From the NCBI GenBank assembly GCA_034437035.1, contig DAOTUI010000072.1, positions 55,107 through 119,106 of the forward strand: 64,000 bases of DNA, given 5' to 3'. The notes under the pieces were generated by a model. That model did not search any database, had not been told where the DNA came from, and was given only the letters and a program-made list of their open reading frames with translations. The DNA is from Chloroflexaceae bacterium. Its GTDB lineage: Bacteria; Chloroflexota; Chloroflexia; Chloroflexales; Chloroflexaceae. The translations under genes were made by a program, and so were the position numbers. This document shows, one piece after another, positions 9,531 to 17,413 of this stretch; the stretch's first letter is position 1, and every line of letters begins with the position of its first letter.

Positions 9531-12500
9531 ATGAACAAAAATGGACAGCATGCAGACCAGGTGAACCGGGGCCTGCGGGGTGCCCGGCCTGAACATGCAA
9601 ATTGTGGCGTTGGTATTTTGATGGATTTGTCGGGACACAAGAGCCATCAGATTGTCCGGGATAGCTTGCAGATCCTCAAAAACCTGGACCATCGCGGCGC
9701 GCGCGGGGCCGAAGAAAATACCGGGGATGGTGCCGGTATCCTGCTTCAAAAACCCCACACCTTCTTTCAGGCGCTGATCCCGGCCCTGGGTGACTTCGAC
9801 AGCTATGGCGTAGGCCAGTTCTTCTTTCCCTATGAGGAAGAGGACGGCACAGCGCTGACCCGTTTGATCGAGGCAGTCGTCGCGGAAGAGGGGTTTACGC
9901 TGACGGCCTGGCGCGATGTGCCCACCGATAACAGCGATCTGGGCCGCACCGCGCTGATGTCGGAGCCATGCATACGCCAGCTTTTTGTGCAACCGGCGCA
10001 GCCTATCAGTCCGCAGGAACTGGATACGCGGCTCTATCTGCTCCGCCGCAGTATTGAGAATGCGGTCACCGTGCAAGATCCACCGGGCAGCGATATGTTC
10101 TACATCTGCTCGCTTGACCGCCGCCGCATCGTCTATAAAGGCCTGCTGACCAATGCGCAAGTTGAAACCTACTATCCCGATCTGCTGGACCCGCGTGTTG
10201 AGTCGAGCCTGGCGCTGGTGCATGCGCGCTTCTCCACCAATACGCTCGGTTCCTGGAAGCTGGCCCACCCCTACCGCTGCATTGTCCACAATGGCGAAAT
10301 CAATACCTTCCGGGGCAACTACAACTGGATGCGTACCCGCGAAGCCGACCTGGAGCATCCCCGTTTTGGCAGCGCAATCGACAAGCTGAAGCCGATTACG
10401 CACCCCAGCCAGAGCGATACGGCCATGCTGGACAATGTGCTGGAACTGCTGATCGAGAGTGGCCGTTCGCTGCCGCATACGCTGCGGATGGTCATCCCAG
10501 AAGCCTGGAATAAAGATCCGGTGATGGACTCGGCCAAGCGTGACTGGTACGAATATCACTCGACGCTGATGGAGCCCTGGGATGGACCGGCGCTGGTAGC
10601 GGCCACCGACGGCTACAGCATCGGCGCAATGCTGGACCGGAACGGCTTTCGCCCCTGCCGCTACCTGATCACCCGCGATAACCGGCTGGTGATGGCGAGT
10701 GAAGCCGGGGTGCTGCCAATCGATCCTGCCGATATCCGGGAAAAGGGCCGGCTCAAGCCCGGTCAGATGTTCCTGGCCGATGCCGGCGAGGGCCGCGTGC
10801 TCTCCGATGAAGAGGTCTTCACCCGATTGACCGATCCGAAATATAGCGAGTGGCTGGCACACAATCGCATCCGCCTGAGCGATCTCGTAGCAGCGCAGAC
10901 CGAGCCGGCTCCCGCGCCGGCGATTGCCGACATCACCGCGCTGCAGTGCGCCTTTGGCTATACCCAGGAGTCGCTCACCCGGTTGATCCGGCCGATGGCC
11001 GAGGACGGCAAAGATCCCGTGGGCGCGATGGGCGATGATACGCCGCCCTCGGTGCTCTCAAACCGCACGCGGACGCTCTTTACCTACTTTAAACAATCCT
11101 TTGCGCAGGTTTCTAACCCACCGATTGACTATATTCGTGAGGATTTGATCACGACGCTGGAGAGCTACATCGGCCGCCAGCGCAACCTGCTGGCCGAAAC
11201 GCCGGAGCATTGTCGGCAGCTCTTCCTGCGCTCGCCCATCCTGCGCAATCAGGAACTTGCCATCATCCAGACGATCCAGGCGAAGGGTATTCGGGCGCAG
11301 ACACTGGATATCACCTATGCGCCCGAGACCAGCCTGCAGGAAGCGCTGGCGGAGTTGTGCCGGCAGGCGGTCCAGGCAATCCAGGCGGGCTTCGAGATCG
11401 TGGTGCTGAGTGACCGCGCAACCGGCCCAACACGGCTGCCCATGCCGGCGTTGCTGGCAGTGGCGGGCCTGCACCATCACCTGGTGCGGCAGGGGTTGCG
11501 TACCCACGCCGCGCTGATACTGGAGAGTGGACAACCATGTGCTGTGCATCACTTCTGCACGCTGGTGGGCTATGGCGCGGACGCGATCAATCCCTACCTG
11601 GCCTTTGAGAGCATTAAGCCGATGCTCAACGGGAATACCGACGCCTGGCCCGCCGCGGTTGAGCGCTATATTGCCGCCGTCGAGGATGGCATGTTCAAGG
11701 TGATGTCGAAGATGGGCATTTCGACGCTGGACAGCTACAAGGGCGCGCAGATCTTTGAGGCTATCGGCCTCGATCCCGATTTTATCGCCGAATACTTCAC
11801 CGGCACGGTCTCACAGATCAGCGGGGTGGGGATTGCCGAGATTGAAGCGGATATGCGCGAGAACCATCACCTGGCCTTTGGTGAGCGACTGGACGGCAAT
11901 CTGCGACTGGCGCAGGGTGGCGATTTCTACTGGCGACGCAACGGCGAGTTTCACCAGTGGAACCCGGATACCATCGGCTTTCTGCAACATGCCGGCCGCA
12001 CGGGTGACGCGCGCTTCTACCAGCGCTTTGCCCAGTTGATCAACGAGCAGGAAGAGCAGTTGCAGACCATTCGCGGTCTGGTCGAGTTCCGGATCGATCC
12101 GGACCAGCGCATTCCAATCGAGGAAGTTGAGCCGGTTGAGGCAATCTTCAAGCGCTTCTTCACCGGGGCGATGTCGTTTGGCTCACTGAGTAAGGAGACG
12201 CACGAGTCGCTGGCAATTGCGATGAACCGCATCGGCGGAACCGCCTGCAGCGGCGAGGGGGGCGAGCAGGTTGAGCGCTTCGGCACCGAGCGCGAGTGTC
12301 GCAACAAGCAGGTTGCCAGTGGGCGCTTTGGTGTCACCAGTAACTATCTGGTCAACGCCAAGCATCTGGAGATCAAGGTGGCCCAGGGCGCGAAGCCGGG
12401 CGAAGGCGGGCAGTTGCCGGGCACCAAGGTTAACGAGATTATCGCCGAAGTGCGCTTTACTATCCCCGGCGTGGGGCTGATCTCGCCGCCGCCGCACCAT

Positions 12501-14099
12501 GACATCTACTCGATTGAAGACCTGGCGCAGTTGATCCACGACCTGAAATGTGCCAACCCGGAGGCGGATATCCACGTCAAGCTGGTCTCGGAGGCCGGGG
12601 TGGGCACGATTGCCGCCGGCGTCGCCAAGGCCCGCGCCGATGCCATCCTGATTGCCGGGGACTCCGGGGGCACGGGCGCGGCCGCCAAGACCTCGATCAA
12701 GAATGTCGGGACGCCCTGGGAGCTGGGGCTGGCCGAGACCAACCAGGTGCTGCTGGAAAACCGTCTGCGTTCGCGCGTGCGGCTGCGGGTTGACGGCGGT
12801 ATCAAGACGGGGCGCGATGTGGTGATTGCCGCGCTGCTGGGGGCCGAGGAGTATGGTTTTGGTACCTCCGCGCTGGTGACGCTGGGCTGCATTATGCTGC
12901 GGAAGTGCCACTGCAACACCTGCTCTGTGGGCGTGGCGACGCAAGATCCGGAACTGCGCAAGAAGTTTCCCGGCAAGCCGGAGTATGTGATCAACTACAT
13001 GCACTTTGTGGCCCAGGAGATCCGCGAGTTGATGGCCGAGCTAGGTTTTCGGACCATGGCTGAGATGATCGGGCGGGTGGACAAACTACGGCAGCGCCGG
13101 GTAGCGCACTCGCGCGCCAGTCGGCTGGATCTGTCGGCCATGCTCTACCAACCCGAGGCGGAGGATTGCTGCGGCAATACGCGCCGACAAAATCATCGGT
13201 TAGAACAGAAACGCGATCATGAACTGATTGAGCGAGCACGATCTGCTATCGACAACGGAACGCCGGTTGAGGTTGAGATGCCGATCTCCAGCCGTGACCT
13301 GACCTTCGGTACGCTGCTCAGTTCACAGGTAGCGCAAAAGTATGGACAGGATGGCCTGCCCGAGGATACGATCCAGGTGAATCTGGTTGGCACCGCCGGG
13401 CAGAGCTTTGGCGCGTTTCTGTCGCGGGGCATTTCGCTGCACCTGGAGGGCGAGGCTAATGACTATGTCGGTAAGGGGCTCTCCGGGGGCAAGCTCTCGG
13501 TTCGCATCCCGGCCAACGCGGGGTATCCTGCCGACTGCAATACGATTATTGGGAATGTGGCGCTGTATGGCGCAACCGGCGGGCAGCTCTACGCCAACGG
13601 TATCGCCGGGGAGCGCTTCGCCGTGCGCAACTCGGGCGCGATGGCGGTAGTGGAAGGCGTCGGCAACCATGGCTGCGAGTATATGACCGGCGGCGCGGTG
13701 GTGGTGCTGGGTGGTATCGGCAAGAACTTTGGGGCCGGGATGAGTGGTGGCGAAGCCTACATCCTGGCGGGCGACCATGAAGCCGCCAACCTGGAAGTCA
13801 ATGTCAACCCGGCCATGGTTCACCTGGAGCCGGTGCTTGATCCCCGCGATCAGGCACTGGTCCGCCGCCTGATCGAGAACCATTATGCCTACACCGGCAG
13901 CGGCAAGGCGCAGGACATCCTGGAGAACTGGGAAAGCTGGATCAGCCGCTGCGTCAAAGTGGTGCCGGAGGCGTATGCGCAGATTGTCCAGCGGAATCTC
14001 CAGCAGGGAATGGATATCCGACCGCTGCCACCGGAGTCGGCCTCGGTGCCCATCCGGGATAAAACGACAGCGGTCTTGCTGGAAGGAGTGAAGCAATGA
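9531..14099 (+). CDS. gltB: Glutamate synthase large subunit
   Basis: About 1520 aa. Ntn amidotransferase Cys in HANCGVGIL, plus FMN-binding and GXGXG C-terminal domains. The ATG at 9531 follows GGAGG at 9516-9520. Confidence 0.95.
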   Translation: MNKNGQHADQVNRGLRGARPEHANCGVGILMDLSGHKSHQIVRDSLQILKNLDHRGARGAEENTGDGAGILLQKPHTFFQALIPALGDFDSYGVGQFFFPYEEEDGTALTRLIEAVVAEEGFTLTAWRDVPTDNSDLGRTALMSEPCIRQLFVQPAQPISPQELDTRLYLLRRSIENAVTVQDPPGSDMFYICSLDRRRIVYKGLLTNAQVETYYPDLLDPRVESSLALVHARFSTNTLGSWKLAHPYRCIVHNGEINTFRGNYNWMRTREADLEHPRFGSAIDKLKPITHPSQSDTAMLDNVLELLIESGRSLPHTLRMVIPEAWNKDPVMDSAKRDWYEYHSTLMEPWDGPALVAATDGYSIGAMLDRNGFRPCRYLITRDNRLVMASEAGVLPIDPADIREKGRLKPGQMFLADAGEGRVLSDEEVFTRLTDPKYSEWLAHNRIRLSDLVAAQTEPAPAPAIADITALQCAFGYTQESLTRLIRPMAEDGKDPVGAMGDDTPPSVLSNRTRTLFTYFKQSFAQVSNPPIDYIREDLITTLESYIGRQRNLLAETPEHCRQLFLRSPILRNQELAIIQTIQAKGIRAQTLDITYAPETSLQEALAELCRQAVQAIQAGFEIVVLSDRATGPTRLPMPALLAVAGLHHHLVRQGLRTHAALILESGQPCAVHHFCTLVGYGADAINPYLAFESIKPMLNGNTDAWPAAVERYIAAVEDGMFKVMSKMGISTLDSYKGAQIFEAIGLDPDFIAEYFTGTVSQISGVGIAEIEADMRENHHLAFGERLDGNLRLAQGGDFYWRRNGEFHQWNPDTIGFLQHAGRTGDARFYQRFAQLINEQEEQLQTIRGLVEFRIDPDQRIPIEEVEPVEAIFKRFFTGAMSFGSLSKETHESLAIAMNRIGGTACSGEGGEQVERFGTERECRNKQVASGRFGVTSNYLVNAKHLEIKVAQGAKPGEGGQLPGTKVNEIIAEVRFTIPGVGLISPPPHHDIYSIEDLAQLIHDLKCANPEADIHVKLVSEAGVGTIAAGVAKARADAILIAGDSGGTGAAAKTSIKNVGTPWELGLAETNQVLLENRLRSRVRLRVDGGIKTGRDVVIAALLGAEEYGFGTSALVTLGCIMLRKCHCNTCSVGVATQDPELRKKFPGKPEYVINYMHFVAQEIRELMAELGFRTMAEMIGRVDKLRQRRVAHSRASRLDLSAMLYQPEAEDCCGNTRRQNHRLEQKRDHELIERARSAIDNGTPVEVEMPISSRDLTFGTLLSSQVAQKYGQDGLPEDTIQVNLVGTAGQSFGAFLSRGISLHLEGEANDYVGKGLSGGKLSVRIPANAGYPADCNTIIGNVALYGATGGQLYANGIAGERFAVRNSGAMAVVEGVGNHGCEYMTGGAVVVLGGIGKNFGAGMSGGEAYILAGDHEAANLEVNVNPAMVHLEPVLDPRDQALVRRLIENHYAYTGSGKAQDILENWESWISRCVKVVPEAYAQIVQRNLQQGMDIRPLPPESASVPIRDKTTAVLLEGVKQ

Positions 14100-15577
14100 G
14101 TCACGAACGCCATCCCGACGGGTTTCGCAAATTTCAGCGTGCGACGATTGGCAAGCGTTCCGCCAGAGAGCGAATTGGCGACTATGGCGAGATTTATCAG
14201 CCGGCCTGGTCGGAGGAACAACTGCGCGAGCAGGGCCGGCGCTGTATGGACTGCGGCGTGCCGACATGCATGGGCGGCTGCCCAATCGGCAATATCATCC
14301 CGGAGTGGAATGACCTGGTGAGTAAGGCCGACTGGAAAGAGGCGCTGGACACACTGCATGCCACTAACAATTTTCCGGAGTTTACCGGCTACACCTGCCC
14401 GGCGCCCTGCGAGGATGCCTGTGTGCTGGCCTACAACGACGACCCGGTGACGATCAAGGATATCGAGCGGGCGATCTATGACCGCGCCTGGGAGGAGGGC
14501 TGGATCAAGCCCAATCCGCCGACCCGGCGCACCGGGCGCAAGGTGGCGATTGTCGGCAGTGGCCCGGCGGGACTGGCGGCGGCGCAGCAACTGAACCGCG
14601 CCGGGCATCAGGTGACGGTCTTTGAGCGCGACGATGAGATCGGCGGGCTGATGATCTATGGTATCCCCGATTTCAAGTTTGCCAAGGATAAGGTGGCGCG
14701 ACGGGTGGATCTGTTGGCGCAGGAGGGCATCGAGTTTCGCACCAATGCCGAGGTCGGCACGACCATCCCATTCGCAACATTGCGCGAGAACTTCGACGCG
14801 GTCTGTCTGGCGATTGGAGCACAAGCGCACCGCGATGTGCCTATGCCCGGACGCCGGCTCAAGGGCGTGGCCTTTGGGATGGAGTATCTGACGCGGGCCA
14901 ACCGGCAGCAGGCGGGCAAGCCGGTTGATGATGAACTGGATGCGCGCGGCAAGCGGGTGATCGTCCTGGGTGGCGGCGATACCGGCGCGGACTGTGTGGC
15001 TACAGCGCATCGCCAGGGCGCTAAGGAAATAATCCAGATCAGTATCCGCGAACAGCCGCCGCTGCTGCGTCCGGACTACAACCCCTGGCCCCAGCCGGCC
15101 AAGACGTATCACAAGAGCTATGCCCAGGAGGAAGGCGGCGAAGAGAGCTACTCCCTGGAGACGATGGAGTTCCGCGACGAGAATGGCGACGGGCATGTGG
15201 ACTGCCTGATCACCGAGCGGGTGGCCTGGACCTACGACGAAAATGGGCGGCGCAAGGAGCGCACCGTCGTGGAGCAGGATATCTGTCTGCCGGCGGATCT
15301 GGTACTGATTGCGGTGGGCTTTAGCGGGGCGGAGATCCACCCCTTTGCCGCACTCGGCCTGGAGATGACCGGCTATGGCACGATCAAGACCAACAAGACG
15401 ATGATGACCAGCATGCCGGGGGTGTTTGCCGCCGGTGACGCGGCCATGGGCGCATCGCTGGTAGTCTGGGCCATCGGCGAGGGGCGCGATGTTGCCCGCC
15501 AGATCGATCTCTACCTGATGGGCAAGTCGGATCTCCCGGCCAGTCTGCGCAGCCACAACCCGCCGGTGTTGCCGTGA
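14096..15577 (+). CDS. gltD: Glutamate synthase small subunit (NADPH), FAD/NAD-binding with N-terminal Fe-S Cys cluster
   Basis: ATGA overlap with gltB. CMDCGVPTC...GCP motifs and the VAIVGSGPAGLAAA dinucleotide fold. Confidence 0.93.
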   Translation: MSHERHPDGFRKFQRATIGKRSARERIGDYGEIYQPAWSEEQLREQGRRCMDCGVPTCMGGCPIGNIIPEWNDLVSKADWKEALDTLHATNNFPEFTGYTCPAPCEDACVLAYNDDPVTIKDIERAIYDRAWEEGWIKPNPPTRRTGRKVAIVGSGPAGLAAAQQLNRAGHQVTVFERDDEIGGLMIYGIPDFKFAKDKVARRVDLLAQEGIEFRTNAEVGTTIPFATLRENFDAVCLAIGAQAHRDVPMPGRRLKGVAFGMEYLTRANRQQAGKPVDDELDARGKRVIVLGGGDTGADCVATAHRQGAKEIIQISIREQPPLLRPDYNPWPQPAKTYHKSYAQEEGGEESYSLETMEFRDENGDGHVDCLITERVAWTYDENGRRKERTVVEQDICLPADLVLIAVGFSGAEIHPFAALGLEMTGYGTIKTNKTMMTSMPGVFAAGDAAMGASLVVWAIGEGRDVARQIDLYLMGKSDLPASLRSHNPPVLP

Positions 15578-15589
15578 CGGGTCAGGAGA

Positions 15590-15816
15590 AATACCTTTCA
15601 AATAACCGGATCTACGCGGTAGGCGATCAAACCGGACGTTTGACCAGATGTGAGCCAGACTCGCCTGCGGCAGCATGGTACTGTTTTATCTTTTCCACAA
15701 AACATTTTCACAAAGTGAAAATGTTTTGTGGAAAAGGATGGTTTCTTCCGCCCTGCCGGAGGCGCTATCTCCTTCCAGGGGAGTGACCGTGTACCTCGTC
15801 TTATTTGAAAGGTATT
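15590..15816 (-). mobile_element. MITE-like repeat, long form, copy A (reverse core orientation)
   Basis: Outer perfect 16-bp IR AATACCTTTCAAATAA/TTATTTGAAAGGTATT. Core arms are TCGCCTGCGGCAGCATGGTAC and TTCCGCCCTGCCGGAGGCG. Central 22-bp perfect palindrome lies at 15690-15736. Confidence 0.8.
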
Positions 15817-15861
15817 GGGATTAAGGGTTTACGGTTATGAATTAACTGTAGACGATGCCAA

Positions 15862-15899
15862 AACCGCCCGCAGGTTTGTTCAACAACCTACGGGCGGTT
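15862..15899 (-). terminator. 15-bp stem hairpin (1 mismatch) followed by a short T-run on the minus strand, downstream of the substrate-binding (SBP) fusion gene
   Basis: AACCGCCCGCAGGTT...AACCTACGGGCGGTT. The minus strand continues TTTTGG if the stem is trimmed. Confidence 0.5.
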
Positions 15900-15946
15900 G
15901 GGTTGGCAGGTAGAATTGAACCTGAAAGCAGCCGGTATGGAACCGT

Positions 15947-17389
15947 TTACCGGCGCTGGAACCCCTGATCCGCCAGTACCTGCCGGCCGGCATCACTCAA
16001 AATGTAATCCAAAAAGGTCTGGGCAGCATTTACCGCAGCAGCATCGTCCGTGCCGGCGCGGTCAAGCGGGTACATGTAGAGAGGCCGCTGCAGCGCCTCG
16101 GGATAGGCGTCCGGGTCGAAATCCGGCGCACCCGGGTCAACGCTGGTTCCGTCGGCAGTGAGGATGGGAATAACCCGCAGATCATACCCCGCGATCAACG
16201 CCTTGCTTGACCAGTAGAGCGCGCCGGGAGTAGTTTGCGCCTGCTCCAGACATGCGGCATTGCCGCCATCTTCGCCACACGCGATAAAATCCGGATCGGG
16301 CGGGAACGGCTCGCCGGGTACGGTTACAAATGGCTCAAAGTCGGCAATCACAATAAATACCTCATTGGTGGTGCCACTGCCGGTGCGCAGAAACACCTGT
16401 ATCGGCTGGTCCGCGCCGCCAACTGCTTCCCAGTTTGTGATGCTGCCCAGCAGGATCTCCGCCAGTTGCGCAACAGTCACTCCCGCAACCGAGTTGCCAG
16501 GGTTGGTGACAAAAACAATAACATCCCGACCAATGATAGTCTGGTCGCCAACGCGAATATCCGCCGCGGCCAGTTGGTTGATCTGATCCTCGGTCAGCGC
16601 CTCGGACGCGGCCAGCAGATTGACACACTCACCTGCAAGCGTTGCTTCAACCGCTGCCTGTGTTCCTGTATCATCGATCTGTATGTCGATATTCTGCTCC
16701 TGGGCAAACGTTTCGCGCCAGGTTCCAGCCATCTCGGTTCCCAGGATGGTATTGCTGCCCCGCAGGCAGAGCGCGGTAGCCGGCGCAGTGGCGCTGTCGG
16801 ATGCCGGCGTGGTTGTGCGCTGCTCCGTTGATGTGATGGTCGTTGCTCCGGTGATTGTGGCGCATACCTCGGGGTCGGGCACACGATCAAACCAGTCCGT
16901 GAAGATCTCGGCGTAGGTACCATCCGCGCAGACCTGGGCCAGACCACTATTCACACACGCCAGCAACTCGGAACGATCCGAGCGCACCGCGATGCCATAC
17001 TCTTCATTTGTCAACGGCGTGTCAACAATTTTCAGTCCCAGATCGGGCTGCTCGTTGATATACGACCGGGCCGCCGGTGCATCGTAGATAGCTGCATCAA
17101 TCGCACCTTGCGCAACTGCTTGAAACATCTCAACCGGATCAGTGTAGGACTGAATCGCAGCCACCGGCTGCTGCTCAACCCAGTCGGCCCCCGTACTGCC
17201 GGCCAGTACACGCACCCGTTGCCCGCTCAGATCATCCGGTCCGACAATAGTGCCGGCTTCCGGGATAACAATCGTCTGCTGGGCGTTGAAGTAGGGCGCG
17301 CTAAAATCCACCAGTTCTTCCCGCTCTTCCGTGATTGTCGCCGCCGAGATAACGATATCGAAATCACCTGGATGGACGACTGCATACAT
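15947..17389 (-). CDS. Fusion of a family-3 solute-binding domain (N-terminally truncated) and a PstS-like PBP domain; possibly a gene remnant
   Basis: The ORF begins inside the SBP_bac_3 fold (GDFDIVISAATITEEREELVDFSAPYF) with no signal peptide. An in-frame TAA lies 7 codons upstream and no SD is visible. A Thr/Ser linker follows, then a second domain with GSGTTNEVF. Confidence 0.6.
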   Translation of the reverse strand: MYAVVHPGDFDIVISAATITEEREELVDFSAPYFNAQQTIVIPEAGTIVGPDDLSGQRVRVLAGSTGADWVEQQPVAAIQSYTDPVEMFQAVAQGAIDAAIYDAPAARSYINEQPDLGLKIVDTPLTNEEYGIAVRSDRSELLACVNSGLAQVCADGTYAEIFTDWFDRVPDPEVCATITGATTITSTEQRTTTPASDSATAPATALCLRGSNTILGTEMAGTWRETFAQEQNIDIQIDDTGTQAAVEATLAGECVNLLAASEALTEDQINQLAAADIRVGDQTIIGRDVIVFVTNPGNSVAGVTVAQLAEILLGSITNWEAVGGADQPIQVFLRTGSGTTNEVFIVIADFEPFVTVPGEPFPPDPDFIACGEDGGNAACLEQAQTTPGALYWSSKALIAGYDLRVIPILTADGTSVDPGAPDFDPDAYPEALQRPLYMYPLDRAGTDDAAAVNAAQTFLDYILSDAGRQVLADQGFQRR

Positions 17390-17393
17390 CCCG

Positions 17394-17409
17394 TTATTTG
17401 AAATGAATT
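17394..17409. repeat. Solo copy of the MITE long-form outer end (TTATTTGAAATGAATT, 14/16 to TTATTTGAAAGGTATT)
   Basis: Sits in the 24-bp gap between the cyclase stop and the truncated SBP start. The extended match reads cgttatttgaaatgaattac. Confidence 0.45.
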
Positions 17410-17413
17410 ACAC

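Noticed and set aside
9420-10862. 480-aa minus-strand ORF
   Set aside because: It is antisense to the gltB amidotransferase domain. It has no motifs and a shadow-ORF composition.
13889-15676. 595-aa ORF on the minus strand
   Set aside because: It lies entirely antisense to gltD and the gltB 3' end, which carry unmistakable family motifs. Its Arg/Ala/Gly/His-rich composition is typical of shadow ORFs in high-GC DNA.
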